Positions 51,702-63,361 of a stretch of 64,000 nucleotides of DNA are shown here, in pieces (within the stretch, counting starts at the first letter, position 1; each line of letters opens with the position of its first letter). Position numbers and translations under genes: made by a program. The DNA is taken from assembly GCA_963666485.2 (NCBI GenBank), contig CAXXUO010000003.1, positions 160,001 through 224,000 of the forward strand. Direction: 5' to 3'. Under the pieces are notes generated by a model that was not told where the DNA came from, made no database searches, and saw only the letters and a list, made by a program, of their open reading frames with translations. Origin of the DNA: Syntrophorhabdaceae bacterium (lineage in GTDB: Bacteria > Desulfobacterota > Syntrophorhabdia > Syntrophorhabdales > Syntrophorhabdaceae).

Positions 51702-52598
51702 ATGTGCGGAGCCGGATTCTGTGTCAGGATTTCTCTATTCTTGTTCATTTTACTTTTTCTCGGAAATATATCGCCTTTATCTGCAACCGAGGGTGGCGGT
51801 GGTGCCTATCCGAACGGGGCAGAGGATTTCATGACGGGCGCCCTTCCGCCGCCCGGGACGTATATCCTGAATTACTTTAATTACTATCATGCCAAGAAGC
51901 TCAAGGATAACAGGGGAGAGTCAGCCCCTGTCGACCTCGATGTCGAGATATTCGCGGATTCGGTCCGTATCCTCCACATGACGCAAAAGAATGTTTTCGG
52001 GGCTAATTGGGGTATGCACATTCTCGTGCCATTTCTCAAGGTTCATGCCAGCACGCCGGCCGGTACAGATTCAAAGGCAGGGCTGGGCGACATAGTCATC
52101 AATCCCTTCTTGCTTGGATGGCATTTTACGGACTGGCATATCGCCGCAGGCATAGATACCGTCGTACCGGTCGGGTCATATAGCAAACATGACCTCGTGA
52201 ACACGGGTAGGAATTATTGGACATTCGAACCTATTCTTGCCGTGACCTATATGAATCGGTATGGATATGAGGTATCAGCCAAGTTCATGTATGATTTTAA
52301 TACGAAAAACACTGCAACGAATTATGAATCGGGTCAGGAATTTCATTTCGATTACACGCTGGGCAAACGTGTAGAAAATATGAACATCGGTCTTGGGGGA
52401 TATTTTTATAAACAAATTACCGACGATAAACTCAACGGGGCTAGTATTCAGAACAAAGGCCAGGCATTTGCCGTCGGCCCGCAGTTCAAATATTCCTTCA
52501 ACAATATGGCCGTCACATTGAAATACCAGTGGGAAACACTGGTAAAGAACAGGCCGGAGGGCGAACAGTTCTGGTTTAAATTTATGTATGCTTTTTAA
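51702..52598 (+). CDS. SphA/MetA-like outer-membrane beta-barrel (phenol-degradation-associated family)
   Basis: Signal peptide, EGGGGAYPNGAEDF...ALPPPG, GLGD, NYESGQEFHFDY, terminal Phe. Confidence 0.82.
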   Translation: MCGAGFCVRISLFLFILLFLGNISPLSATEGGGGAYPNGAEDFMTGALPPPGTYILNYFNYYHAKKLKDNRGESAPVDLDVEIFADSVRILHMTQKNVFGANWGMHILVPFLKVHASTPAGTDSKAGLGDIVINPFLLGWHFTDWHIAAGIDTVVPVGSYSKHDLVNTGRNYWTFEPILAVTYMNRYGYEVSAKFMYDFNTKNTATNYESGQEFHFDYTLGKRVENMNIGLGGYFYKQITDDKLNGASIQNKGQAFAVGPQFKYSFNNMAVTLKYQWETLVKNRPEGEQFWFKFMYAF

Positions 52599-52896
52599 CA
52601 GCTCCAGAAATAAATGGGGGGGAAGTGCACGAGCGAGTTATATCCTGATTCCACCCCATTTTGTAGAGTAATTGATAGGCCGGCATGAAAAGGATTATCG
52701 ATATGTTTATCTGCCCTCTATTTTCAGTCTCGATTTTTCAGCTATTTTGGAGGTAATTATCGCCTGTTGCTACACCTAAAGTTGTGTATGAAAAAAGCAG
52801 CCTCGTGTCTCACCCGTTCGGGTGATTGTCGACTCAGTTATCCAATCATAAAATGAGCTTAACATGCTGCAGCAAATTCTATCAGGGGGGGGTCGA

Positions 52897-54273
52897 ATGG
52901 TAAAGAGTTCCGTCATTTCAAAGCTTTCGTCGGTACTGGGCCAGGAAAAGGTCGATACGACGCGTGAAGTCCGGAAAGCATATTCATATGATGGGACGAC
53001 GAACTGGATTTCGGAACCCGATGTCGTTGTTTTCCCATCAACCGCGGACGAGATATCCACGGTTCTGACAATCGCCAACGCAGAAAGAATACCCGTGACC
53101 CCAAGGGGAGCGGGGACCTGTTTGAGCGGCGGCCCTGTCCCGATACATAACGGAATCGTTCTCTGTACGGTAAACATGAACAATATTCTTAAAATCGATA
53201 TAGAGAACCGGACAGCCGCCGTGGAACCGGGCGTCGTACTGATGAATCTGAACAATGCGCTTGGCAGGGACGGGTTTTTCTTTCCTCCCGATCCTCAAAG
53301 CTTCTTGAGCGCCACAATAGCAGGTATGATCGCCGAAAACGCCGGTGGGCCAGCATGCCTCAAGTATGGGGTGACCCGGCAGTATATCCTTGGCCTTGAG
53401 GTCGTCCTGCCGACCGGAGAAATTGTCCATCTTGGCAAAAACCATTATGGAACACCCGGTTACAATCTTGCGGATCTCATCATTGGCTCCGAAGGAACCC
53501 TCGGAATAGTGACGGAAGCGCACTTAAAGATCCTCCCCGTCCCCGAAGCCAGAGAAACTATTCTTGGCATATATGACGATGTCGCCCTGGCTGGGGAGAA
53601 TGTGTACAGGATCCTTGAGAACGGCATCATACCCGGCAAAATCGAACTGATAGACAATTGGGTCATCAACAAGTTCGAGGACATGATGCATATCGGGCTT
53701 CCGCGTCAGGCCGATGCGGTGCTCCTCTTCGAAGTGGATGGCATGCAGGACGTCGTGGAAACCGAGGCGATGAGGATAGAGGAGATCGCCAGAACATACG
53801 GGGCCCAGGATGTCCGGATTGCGAAGGATGCAGACGAAGCGAACAGATACTGGATGGGCAGGCGTGCCGGTTTTGCCGCAGTGTTCGGTGCCGCAAAGAC
53901 CGTCATGGCAGAGGATGTGACGGTGCCGCGCGGGAATATACCTGACCTGATACGGGACTGCAAAGAAATAGGGAGGAAATATAAGGTCGAGATCGTTATC
54001 CTTGGTCACGCTGGGGATGGGAACCTCCACCCCGCTATCCTGACGGATTCCGATGACCACGAGCATTATGAGCTGGCAGAAAGGGCCATGGATGAAATAT
54101 TTTCAAGCGCCATACGGTTGGGCGGAGTTATCTCCGGTGAGCACGGGATCGGCCTTGAAAAACAGAGATACTTGAAAAGGGGCATCGAGCCAGCTGCCAT
54201 TAACATGATGAAGAACATCAAGGCCATTTTTGATCCGAACAATATTATGAATCCCGGGAAGATCTGGGAATAG
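52897..54273 (+). CDS. FAD-linked oxidase, GlcD/D-lactate dehydrogenase family
   Basis: PRGAGTCLSGG, FPPDP, GSEGTLG, GHAGDGNLH, SGEHGIG, MNPGK. Confidence 0.9.
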   Translation: MVKSSVISKLSSVLGQEKVDTTREVRKAYSYDGTTNWISEPDVVVFPSTADEISTVLTIANAERIPVTPRGAGTCLSGGPVPIHNGIVLCTVNMNNILKIDIENRTAAVEPGVVLMNLNNALGRDGFFFPPDPQSFLSATIAGMIAENAGGPACLKYGVTRQYILGLEVVLPTGEIVHLGKNHYGTPGYNLADLIIGSEGTLGIVTEAHLKILPVPEARETILGIYDDVALAGENVYRILENGIIPGKIELIDNWVINKFEDMMHIGLPRQADAVLLFEVDGMQDVVETEAMRIEEIARTYGAQDVRIAKDADEANRYWMGRRAGFAAVFGAAKTVMAEDVTVPRGNIPDLIRDCKEIGRKYKVEIVILGHAGDGNLHPAILTDSDDHEHYELAERAMDEIFSSAIRLGGVISGEHGIGLEKQRYLKRGIEPAAINMMKNIKAIFDPNNIMNPGKIWE

Positions 54274-54280
54274 CTGGACT

Positions 54281-54970
54281 TCACTTTACGTCATGGGTCG
54301 CGGCCCATACGGCCGCCTGTGTCCGGTCGCTCACGGTGAGTTTTGCGAATAGGTTCTTTAGGTGCGTCTTCACAGTATCGATGCTTATCCGGAGGATATC
54401 GGCGATCTGCTGGTTGGAAAAGCCCCGCGCGATAAGCTTTAGAACCTCCGTTTCCCGGCGCGTCAGGGATTTCTGCTGATCACTATCCGTGACATTCTGC
54501 CCACCCTTGCCTTCCGTCGCGTACAGCTGCTTCAACGTCTCTTCCAATGACTGGATATACTGTCTGCGCCGACGGTCTTCCTTTTTTCTATCTGTGATGA
54601 TTATCAGTATCTCGAAGATGTGTTTTACGGAACCGTTCTCATCAAATATTGGGTACGCCTTCACCTCGGCATACCGGCGTTCCTTGTTCGGAAGGTCAAG
54701 CCACCTCTCCATGATGCAGGCCTCCTTCGTGTCGCAGACGATCTCAAGCATGCAAAACGGACATGGCGTCGCCCTTCTGCGCCATACCTCATAACAGGGC
54801 TTCCCGATCATCTCGGCGAGCGGCGTGTCGACTGCTCCGGCCATCGTCCTGTTGGCCCAGAGAACGGTGTAGTCTTTATTGAGTATATTGACGGCAATAT
54901 CGGGCGCATTCTCGAAGACTGCCTTAAAAAGATTCAATGAAATGTCAAAGGAAGGGTGTTCTTGTTTCAC
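54281..54970 (-). CDS. PAS + LuxR-HTH transcriptional regulator
   Basis: PAS with GKPCYEV...CPFC; LTRRETEVLKLIARGFSNQQIA. Confidence 0.87.
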   Translation of the reverse strand: MKQEHPSFDISLNLFKAVFENAPDIAVNILNKDYTVLWANRTMAGAVDTPLAEMIGKPCYEVWRRRATPCPFCMLEIVCDTKEACIMERWLDLPNKERRYAEVKAYPIFDENGSVKHIFEILIIITDRKKEDRRRRQYIQSLEETLKQLYATEGKGGQNVTDSDQQKSLTRRETEVLKLIARGFSNQQIADILRISIDTVKTHLKNLFAKLTVSDRTQAAVWAATHDVK

Positions 54971-55537
54971 CTGGTAACCGATGTCCTTGAAAAATTAAAC
55001 AAACATTCCTTTAGAAGAGCTATTCCCCACTCGCCACATTTCTCCCATTATCCTATAATTCCAAATAGTCTGCAAAGAAGATCTTTTGATTATCGGTTGA
55101 AATCCAAGATGTCTTGAATTTTATCACCTCATTGACTGTAGAAAGGGATTAAGATGTACCGACGTCGATTTCCCGAGCACTCCTTTGCAACGGACAACCG
55201 TCCAAACCGAATTACTGGTGGCCATCATAGCACATTACTTCTTCTGTTAAGGATTAGCATCTTAATGTCCCCAGGGGGTTTGAACCGCCTTTGACCTTTG
55301 ACTATTAAGGGTTTATGACCCGTTCCAGAACGAAAAGGCAACGAGGGCGTTCAATATCCATACAATTCCTTCAATTCCTGATTTATACTCTTGTAGTAGC
55401 CCCCGTATAAACCGGACGCCCGCATATCCAAAAAAATGTAGCAGCAGACATTAAGGAAAATCCATTTATTCCGATATCACTATGTAGAGCGATGATACTC
55501 CGGAAAAAAATATAGCTGTGCAAAAGGTTAAAAAGAG

Positions 55538-55894
55538 ATGGAAAACGTGACAGAACGTACCGGGGACGGTATTGTCCTTAAGATCTCCGGCAGGGTAACG
55601 ATCGCGGATGCCAATGAGTTCAAACAGATGATGATGCGGGAGGTGCCGTCGGGCAGCAACGTTACGATCGACTTGACCGGCATTGACGAATGCGATCTTT
55701 CTTTATTCCAGCTGCTGTGCGCAAGCCACAGGCAATTGCTCAGGACGTCGGGTTCAATGATACCAGGCAAATACTCCGACGAAGTGTATGAGACCATGAG
55801 ATCGGCTGGGATCCTCCGCGATTCAGGCTGCATCGAGAATAGGAACGAAAATTGCCTCTGGCAGCGGCAAAACAAAGGTGGGACGCCGTTATGA
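55538..55894 (+). CDS. STAS-domain protein of the chemosensory cluster
   Basis: LKISGRVTI...IDLTGIDECDLSLFQLLCASHR; ATGA overlap with cheA. Confidence 0.8.
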   Translation: MENVTERTGDGIVLKISGRVTIADANEFKQMMMREVPSGSNVTIDLTGIDECDLSLFQLLCASHRQLLRTSGSMIPGKYSDEVYETMRSAGILRDSGCIENRNENCLWQRQNKGGTPL

Positions 55895-57999
55895 CAACGG
55901 ACATTCATGTTAAGGCTTTTATCGAAGAGGCCTTTGACTTATTAGCAAACCTGGAGATTTCCCTCCTTGAACTGGAAGAAAACCCTGACAATTCCGAATT
56001 GATCGGACAGGTGTTCCGGTCTCTGCACACGATCAAAGGCTCCGGCTCTATGTTTGGTTTTGATAACATAGCCAACTTTACACATACCGTAGAGACGACA
56101 TTTGACGATGTCCGGGAGGGAAAGCTGCCGGTAAGCCGGGAACTTATCAGCCTGACTCTTCAGGCCAAAGACCTGATACGCGCAATGATCGAATCCCAGG
56201 ACGATGTGTCATTATCGGGAAAGGGTCAATCCATACTGGACGGAATCCAGGCAATAGCCCGGGGCGGTGCGGGTGCGCGCGATGCGGCCATGGGGCAGTC
56301 CGGGGCGGGAAGTGGGCGCGCGCAATCACCCATTACGGAGATGGAAAGCACGTACCGAATCCGTTTTCGGCCATCCCGCGGGATATTTCTGACCGGGACC
56401 AACCCAATCCTCCTTCTCAATGAACTGCGTTTACTAGGCGAATGCGGTGTATTTGCAGAATTGAACGAAATACCCTCGCTCGATTCCATCGAGCCGGAGT
56501 CATGCTACATAATCTGGGATATTATCCTGACCACCGACAGGGGGATAGATGCGATAAAAGACGTCTTCATCTTCATCGATGACGATAACGTAATCGACAT
56601 TGCCTCCGTCGATGACGGGGATGCGACAGTTGAAGGAGTCGGGCCTAAAAAGCTCGGCGAGATTCTTGTTGAAAGGAAAGATATCGAAAGCTCAGACCTT
56701 GCCGCGGCCCTCGCCGAAAAGAAGATGATTGGTGAGATACTCATCGATAAAGGTCTCGTATCACGCGAAAAGGTAGAATCCGCGCTTATCGAACAGGAAC
56801 AGATAAGCAAGGCACGACGGGCCATCAAGAACGAACAGGAGGCAGCATCAAGTATCCGGGTACCAGCTGAAAAACTCGATACCCTCGTAAATCTCGTCGG
56901 CGAGCTGGTTACCGTACAGGCCCGCCTGACCCAGCTTGCGTCCTACCTCGGAATCCCTGACCTGGTCTCGATAGCTGAAGAGGTTGAATCGCTCACGAGC
57001 GACCTCAGGGACAACACCCTCAATATAAGGATGCTCCCGATTGGGACAACTTTTGGGCGGTTCAAGAGACTTGTCCGCGACCTTTCGCGGGAACTCGGGC
57101 GAGAGGTTGAAATGACAACCGAGGGGGCGGAAACAGAGCTCGACAAGACCGTTATCGAGCGCCTGAACGACCCGTTGGTCCACCTCATCAGGAATTCCAT
57201 CGACCATGGCATCGAGGGCCCGGAAGTTCGCCAGGGTCTCGGCAAACCGGCCGCCGGCATGTTAAATATTACCGCCCGACATTCGGGGGCCTACGTCCTT
57301 ATTGAGATCACGGACGACGGGGCCGGTATCGACAAGGATGTCGTGCGCCAGAAGGCACTTGAAAAAGGGATTATCAGCCCTGACTCAGAACTTCAGGATA
57401 AGGAGATATTCTCACTTATCTTCGCCCCCGGCTTTTCCACGGCTGCGACCGTCACCAACGTATCGGGCCGAGGCGTAGGCATGGATGTCGTGAAAAGAAC
57501 AATAGACAACCTGAGAGGGTCTGTCGAAGTTAATAGTGAAAAAGGTGTAGGCACTACCGTAACCCTGAAGCTGCCGTTGACGCTTGCGATCATCGAGGGA
57601 CTCCTTGTTGAAATAGAAGAACAATTCTTTATTCTCCCTCTTCCCATGGTCCACGAATGCGTAGAGCTTACACGCCGTGACGTCGAAAGATCGAATGGGA
57701 AAAATATCGCCAATATCCGGGGGGAGATGGTCCCCTATATCCGGCTTCGTGATTCTTTTGGCATGCGGGGCTCGCGGCCCGATATCGAGCAGATCGTCAT
57801 AACCGAGATAGATCGGGAGAGAATCGGTCTCGTCGTTGACCATGTCATTGGAGAACACCAAACTGTAATTAAATCGTTGGGCAAAGTCTACAGAAATGTC
57901 CATGGCATATCGGGAGCAACCATCCTGGGAGACGGGACGGTAGCCCTGATCATGGATGTCGTACCGCTGGTCAACGATAGCTACGCCAAGGCAAGTTAA
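55891..57999 (+). CDS. cheA: Chemotaxis histidine kinase
   Basis: FRSLHTIKG HPt, HLIRNSIDHG, SGRGVGMDVV, C-terminal CheW-like domain. Confidence 0.95.
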   Translation: MTTDIHVKAFIEEAFDLLANLEISLLELEENPDNSELIGQVFRSLHTIKGSGSMFGFDNIANFTHTVETTFDDVREGKLPVSRELISLTLQAKDLIRAMIESQDDVSLSGKGQSILDGIQAIARGGAGARDAAMGQSGAGSGRAQSPITEMESTYRIRFRPSRGIFLTGTNPILLLNELRLLGECGVFAELNEIPSLDSIEPESCYIIWDIILTTDRGIDAIKDVFIFIDDDNVIDIASVDDGDATVEGVGPKKLGEILVERKDIESSDLAAALAEKKMIGEILIDKGLVSREKVESALIEQEQISKARRAIKNEQEAASSIRVPAEKLDTLVNLVGELVTVQARLTQLASYLGIPDLVSIAEEVESLTSDLRDNTLNIRMLPIGTTFGRFKRLVRDLSRELGREVEMTTEGAETELDKTVIERLNDPLVHLIRNSIDHGIEGPEVRQGLGKPAAGMLNITARHSGAYVLIEITDDGAGIDKDVVRQKALEKGIISPDSELQDKEIFSLIFAPGFSTAATVTNVSGRGVGMDVVKRTIDNLRGSVEVNSEKGVGTTVTLKLPLTLAIIEGLLVEIEEQFFILPLPMVHECVELTRRDVERSNGKNIANIRGEMVPYIRLRDSFGMRGSRPDIEQIVITEIDRERIGLVVDHVIGEHQTVIKSLGKVYRNVHGISGATILGDGTVALIMDVVPLVNDSYAKAS

Positions 58000-58092
58000 A
58001 CACCGCAGTGTGATTCGCGGGAGGAATCAAGTCTGCCTGCGCCACGCGAGAATTCTTAATTTAAGGCCCAGAAGGGGCCGGGGAGGCTTTAA

Positions 58093-59808
58093 ATGAAACG
58101 GTTCGGCAATTGGTCAATTTCCACAAAAGTCATGAGTATATCGGTGTTGACCATAGTAATCATGGTATGCGGTATGTTCTTTTACTATCTTCCGCTCGTT
58201 AAGGGAAAGCTGATGGACGAAAAACAACTGGCCATAAAACACGTGACAGAGCTTGCCGAAAGCCAGATGGCGTCATATGACGCGCGGGTCAAGGCGGGAG
58301 AATTTACCCTTGAAGAAGCCCAGAAGAGAATGACCGCGAACATCAAGGCTATGCGCTACGACGGCAGTGAATATTTCTGGGTTCTCAATACCGCCGGGAA
58401 GATGGTAGTGCATGGCGTGAAGCAGGAATTGGTCGGCAAAGACATGGGTGAAGATATTTTCAAGGATGCTACGGGAAAGTATTTCGTGAAAGAAATGGTG
58501 ACGATCGCAAAGACTAAGGGAGAAGGATATATAGATTATCAATATCCGAGACCCGGCCAGTCGCAGCCCGCTCCCAAGCTGGGTTTCGTCAAGATGTTCG
58601 CCCCCTGGGGCTGGATGGTGGGCACGGGAATATACGTAGATACCGTACATGCTGAAATGAACAAGATGCAATGGCAGATCATTCTCGGGACTGTTGCGTG
58701 CGCCATTATCATTCTGTGCATCGCCTTCTGGGTCTCGCGTAAAATAAAACTTGCCCTAAATGAGGCTGTAGGTGTCGCCAACCACCTCGCTAATGGAAAC
58801 CTGACACTTGATGTCATCGCGAGAAGCGAGGATGAGACAGGCAGGCTGCTCGCCGCCATGAGAAACATGGTAGAAAAACTCAGGGAAGTAGTCGAAGGTG
58901 TATCCACAGCATCGGACAACGTTGCTGCTGCAAGCCAACAAATGAGCTCCGGCTCGCAGCAGGTGTCCGAAGGGGCTACCGTTCAGGCAGCATCGGCCGA
59001 AGAGGTCTCCTCTTCCATGGAGCAAATGACATCGAACATCAAGCAGAATGCGGACAACGCCAACCAGACTGAAAAGATAGCCCTGAAAGCGGCTACTGAG
59101 GCAAAAGAAGGTGGCCATGCCGTTACGGAGACCGTGTCAGCGATGAAGGACATCGCAATAAAGATATCGATCATCGAGGAGATAGCGCGCCAGACGAATC
59201 TCCTCGCGCTGAATGCAGCGATAGAGGCGGCACGGGCGGGAGAACACGGAAAGGGGTTCGCCGTCGTGGCGACCGAGGTCCGCAAACTGGCAGAACGAAG
59301 CCAGACAGCTGCCGCCGAGATCTCGAAGCTCTCCGCATCATCGGTGGAGATTGCCGAGAAGGCTGGTGACATGCTGACGAGGATTGTGCCGGACATCCAG
59401 AAGACGGCTGAACTTGTCCAGGAGATAAGCGCGGCAAGCAACGAGCAGAACGCCGGGGCGGAACAGATCAATAAAGCCATCCAGCAACTCGACCATGTCA
59501 TCCAGGAGAATGCCTCGGCAACCGAGGAGATGGCATCGACCGCCGAAGAACTTTCGTCTCAGGCCGAACATCTCCAGGATATCATCGGTTTCTTCAAGGT
59601 AGGTACCGATCACGGCGACCACCACAGGATACAGAAGAAAAAGGTGGCTGCCGGCACTGTCGCACAGAAAAACGCTAAGAAGCTTCCCCAGGTCGGGACA
59701 CACAATGACGGGTCGAACGACAGGAAAACGTCAGATAACACATCGGGCGTAAACCTCGACATGAAGCTTGACCATGACCGGTTGGACTCTGGATTCGAGA
59801 GGTTCTAA
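58093..59808 (+). CDS. Methyl-accepting chemotaxis protein (Cache, HAMP)
   Basis: [27 protein letters not shown]; ends GFERF pentapeptide. Confidence 0.95.
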   Translation: MKRFGNWSISTKVMSISVLTIVIMVCGMFFYYLPLVKGKLMDEKQLAIKHVTELAESQMASYDARVKAGEFTLEEAQKRMTANIKAMRYDGSEYFWVLNTAGKMVVHGVKQELVGKDMGEDIFKDATGKYFVKEMVTIAKTKGEGYIDYQYPRPGQSQPAPKLGFVKMFAPWGWMVGTGIYVDTVHAEMNKMQWQIILGTVACAIIILCIAFWVSRKIKLALNEAVGVANHLANGNLTLDVIARSEDETGRLLAAMRNMVEKLREVVEGVSTASDNVAAASQQMSSGSQQVSEGATVQAASAEEVSSSMEQMTSNIKQNADNANQTEKIALKAATEAKEGGHAVTETVSAMKDIAIKISIIEEIARQTNLLALNAAIEAARAGEHGKGFAVVATEVRKLAERSQTAAAEISKLSASSVEIAEKAGDMLTRIVPDIQKTAELVQEISAASNEQNAGAEQINKAIQQLDHVIQENASATEEMASTAEELSSQAEHLQDIIGFFKVGTDHGDHHRIQKKKVAAGTVAQKNAKKLPQVGTHNDGSNDRKTSDNTSGVNLDMKLDHDRLDSGFERF

Positions 59809-59838
59809 GCCACGAATTAAATAATAACCCCCACAGTC

Positions 59839-59864
59839 TGCGGGGGCCTTAAAAAGCCCCCGCA
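59839..59864. other. GC-rich intergenic stem-loop
   Basis: TGCGGGGGC-N8-GCCCCCGCA between MCP and cheW, no U tract. Confidence 0.5.
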
Positions 59865-59901
59865 TGATATGCACGAATGACTTGAGAAGGAGAACGTAAA
59901 G

Positions 59902-60405
59902 ATGAGCACGAACACGAGACAATACCTGACGTTCCAGCTTGGTGAAGAGATCTTCGCGATCGATGTCGTCAATGTCCGTGAGATACTGGAATTTAGTACG
60001 GTGACAAAGGTACCGCAGACCCCCGATTACATGCGTGGCGTCATAAACCTGAGGGGAAGCGTCGTCCCCGTTCTCGACATGCGGCTTAAGTTCGGCATGT
60101 CCATCACGGAAAAGACGATCAACACGTGTGTTGTCGTCGTTGAAGTGGTTATGGAAGATGAGAACGTTATTATAGGCGCTCTCGTCGATTCTGTTCAGGA
60201 GGTCTTCGAGCTCGACCCCGATTCGATCGAGCCCGCTCCCCGTATAGGGATCCAGCTCAGGAACGGCTTCATTAAAGGAATGGGCAAAAAGGATGACCGC
60301 TTTGTCATCATACTCGACATAGAGCGGGTATTCTCTTCTGAGGAACTCTCCGGGATCGTAGATATGGCAGACGCCCAATCCCCGGTTAAAGCAGCGAACG
60401 AGTAA
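59902..60405 (+). CDS. cheW: Chemotaxis coupling protein
   Basis: QYLTFQLGEE...GVINLRGSVVPVLD. Confidence 0.95.
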   Translation: MSTNTRQYLTFQLGEEIFAIDVVNVREILEFSTVTKVPQTPDYMRGVINLRGSVVPVLDMRLKFGMSITEKTINTCVVVVEVVMEDENVIIGALVDSVQEVFELDPDSIEPAPRIGIQLRNGFIKGMGKKDDRFVIILDIERVFSSEELSGIVDMADAQSPVKAANE

Positions 60406-60565
60406 AGATTATTTGGAAGATCCACACGATTAGACGTGCGCTGACGTTATTGTTCTTCACGCGCCGCCAGGTCGGGCATAACGACCCGCTTTATCTTTCT
60501 CTGGTAGACCGAAAAATCGTCGGAGTGGATTACGGAGATATACAATCAATAAATTACTATTAATT

Positions 60566-62800
60566 TTGCAGGCACCGTGGTACGATGCCTTTAAATCCAA
60601 CACAAGGGGGGACAACATCCCAGGCCGCCCTACCGACAATACCAGCGAATTGCACCGTCGTATTGCCGATAACCGGACCATCTTCGATTCGGTGCTTTCC
60701 GGGATCATGATCATCGATGCGCGGGAACATACGATCGTGGACATCAATCCGGCCGCGTGTGCCATGTTCGGCGACGTGCGGGAAAATGTGATCGGCTCGG
60801 TATGCCATACGTACATATGCCCCGCAGAAGCAGGCAGATGTCCCATTACTGATCTCGGGCACACGGTGGACAACTCCGAACGGACGCTTGTCCGGGTAAA
60901 CGGGCAGGCATGCCCGGTCCTCAAGACCGTGACCTCAGTGCAATTCGGCGGGAGGGAATATCTCGTCGAGGCCATAACAGACATATCGGTGCAAAAAGAA
61001 GCTGAAGCCCAACTGAAAAAGCACAAGGATGCCCTGCAGGAACTTGTCGACGAACGCACGGCGGAGGTCGCGAGGGCCAATAAATCCCTCGTTGATTGCG
61101 TCAGGGTACTCGAAGACCTCAAAGAAACCGCCAGGGAAAGGGAACTGCTGCTTCATGAGTTGATTTCGACCTTCCCGGGCGTTGCCTATCAATTCTACGC
61201 CCGCCCGGACGGGACAACCGGGCTTCATTACGCGAGCGTACAGACAAAAAGCGTGTTTGGCCTGGAAACAGGGCTTGAAGATCTGCTCGAGAAGTTCGAG
61301 GCACAGGTTGTCCCTGAATGTGCCGGGGATTTTATACGGTCTATCAGCCAGGCCATAGCTGAACGTACCCGGTGGAACTATGAGGGGAGGTTCCGAAAAC
61401 CTACGGGTGAGACAATATGGTTCAGCGGCGATGCCATGCCCGTCGTACACGAGGGCGAGATAGTGTTCAACGGGGTGTTGTTCGATGTGACCGAACGAAA
61501 ACGCGCTGAGGACACTCTCAGGGACAGGGAAGAGCGATACAGGGCCTTGTTTGAAAACACCGGTGCAGCTACTGCCATAATCAGCCGAGACACGGTCATC
61601 AGTCTCTGCAATTCCGAGTTTGAGCGCCTGACAGGGTATTCCAAAGCCGAGATCGAGGGCAGCATGAGCTGGACTGTGTTTACCCATCATGATGATGTCG
61701 ACGAGATGCTGGTACAGCACCATCTGCGCCGCAAGGACCGCGACCTTGCACTGGAGTGGTATGAGTTCAGGGTTGTCAGACGCAACGGGGAGGTCCGCGA
61801 TGTATACCTGGTGGCGGATATTATCCCCGGGACAGATGAAACCGTGGCGTCCCTGACGGACATTACCGAACGTAAAAAGATGGAGACGGAACTGAAGGCG
61901 CACCGCGATCATCTCGAGCACCTCGTGGTCGAGCGTACCGCGGAGATACAGGAAGAGGTCGCGAAAAGGAAGTCCAGGGAGGAACAATACCTGTCGCTTG
62001 TCGAATCAATGGTCGAATGGGTCTGGGAAACGGATGCGGATTTTATTTATACGTACGTGAGCCCCCGGATCCACGATGTTCTTGGATATTATCCGGAGGA
62101 GCTGATCGGGATAAGTCCCGCCGATATTATGCCTCAAGAGGAAAGAGAACGGACCGAGCCCTTTATCAGGAAACATTTTGCGGACAAGGCAAGATTCATC
62201 GAATTCGAGACCGCGCACATTCACAAGAATGGCGAACTGGTCTTCATAGAAGCGAACGGGAGGCCTTATTGTGACGATTCGGGCAGGCTTCTGGGTTACC
62301 GGGGAAGCTGCCACGACATCACAGCCCGGAAGAATGCCAGGGAAGCCCTGCTTGCCAGGGAGCGCGAATTGACGCTGAAATCGAGGACCCTCGAGGAGGT
62401 CAATACGTCCCTGAAGGTGCTGCTCAAGCAAAGGGAGGAAGACAGGAGGGAGCTCGAAGGCAGGTTTGTGTCGAACGTGAGAAAAATGGTCCTGCCCTAC
62501 CTGGGAAAGATACCCAGGGACGGCCTCGAGGCGAAACACAGGACATGTCTCGATATTGCCTCGGCCAACCTGAATGAGATAGTGTCACCCTTTCTCAACA
62601 GCATTAGTCAGCTGAATTTCACCCTGAAGGAAACCGAGGTTGCGTTTTTCATACGGGACGGGAAGACGACCCGGGAGATAGCGAAAATCATGGGCCTTGC
62701 CCCCAGCGCCATACATTCACACAGGAACAATATCCGCAGGAAGCTCAATCTCAACAATAAGAAAGCCAATCTCCGCTCGTACCTTATGTCCCTTAAATAG
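60566..62800 (+). CDS. Multi-PAS protein with C-terminal LuxR HTH (start uncertain)
   Basis: Four PAS domains; FTLKETEVA...GKTTREIA...HRNNIRRKL. Confidence 0.87.
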   Translation: MQAPWYDAFKSNTRGDNIPGRPTDNTSELHRRIADNRTIFDSVLSGIMIIDAREHTIVDINPAACAMFGDVRENVIGSVCHTYICPAEAGRCPITDLGHTVDNSERTLVRVNGQACPVLKTVTSVQFGGREYLVEAITDISVQKEAEAQLKKHKDALQELVDERTAEVARANKSLVDCVRVLEDLKETARERELLLHELISTFPGVAYQFYARPDGTTGLHYASVQTKSVFGLETGLEDLLEKFEAQVVPECAGDFIRSISQAIAERTRWNYEGRFRKPTGETIWFSGDAMPVVHEGEIVFNGVLFDVTERKRAEDTLRDREERYRALFENTGAATAIISRDTVISLCNSEFERLTGYSKAEIEGSMSWTVFTHHDDVDEMLVQHHLRRKDRDLALEWYEFRVVRRNGEVRDVYLVADIIPGTDETVASLTDITERKKMETELKAHRDHLEHLVVERTAEIQEEVAKRKSREEQYLSLVESMVEWVWETDADFIYTYVSPRIHDVLGYYPEELIGISPADIMPQEERERTEPFIRKHFADKARFIEFETAHIHKNGELVFIEANGRPYCDDSGRLLGYRGSCHDITARKNAREALLARERELTLKSRTLEEVNTSLKVLLKQREEDRRELEGRFVSNVRKMVLPYLGKIPRDGLEAKHRTCLDIASANLNEIVSPFLNSISQLNFTLKETEVAFFIRDGKTTREIAKIMGLAPSAIHSHRNNIRRKLNLNNKKANLRSYLMSLK

Positions 62801-63361
62801 CCGGTCTTTTTATCGGCGAAGAAATTCGAGCCGCGTTGCCCTCCCGTGTGCGAGCGCCAATCTGGGAGTCGGCATCCGAGATGGTACCTACCTCTTTTGC
62901 CGAGTTGTCGTCGTAAACGACCGTCTCGGTCATATCGTTGATAGCTGAAATCAGGGACCTATCTTTGGCCACAAACATCCCGATCAATGTCAATGCTTCC
63001 TACATGAACACCATCATTCCCCGAATAAGAATATGTAGGGGCGACAAAATGACAGTATCCCTGCAGTATGGCGCGATCTATACGTACATCATAGTGAATT
63101 TCACCCATCACAGAACATAGATCCGCGATACATCGCTAAAATCTGTTTCCCGGCATTAGAAAGAAAGTATGCCAGCGTACTGGCCATCTCTTAGCTACTT
63201 CCTTCCTGAAATTCCCGAGTGGTAAATTTTAGCAAATGATATATATTTCTTTTGGTAATTGTGCGGATATTGACATGTAAGCGAAACCTAAATGAAAGGG
63301 ATTATGACTATCCATCCAATCATTGGTTGAGCACCAAAATCAAACATGAAAGGAGAAAGAC

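Noticed and set aside
55265..55290. tRNA-Glu-like 3' fragment on the minus strand
   Set aside because: Too short, and the T-arm does not pair properly.
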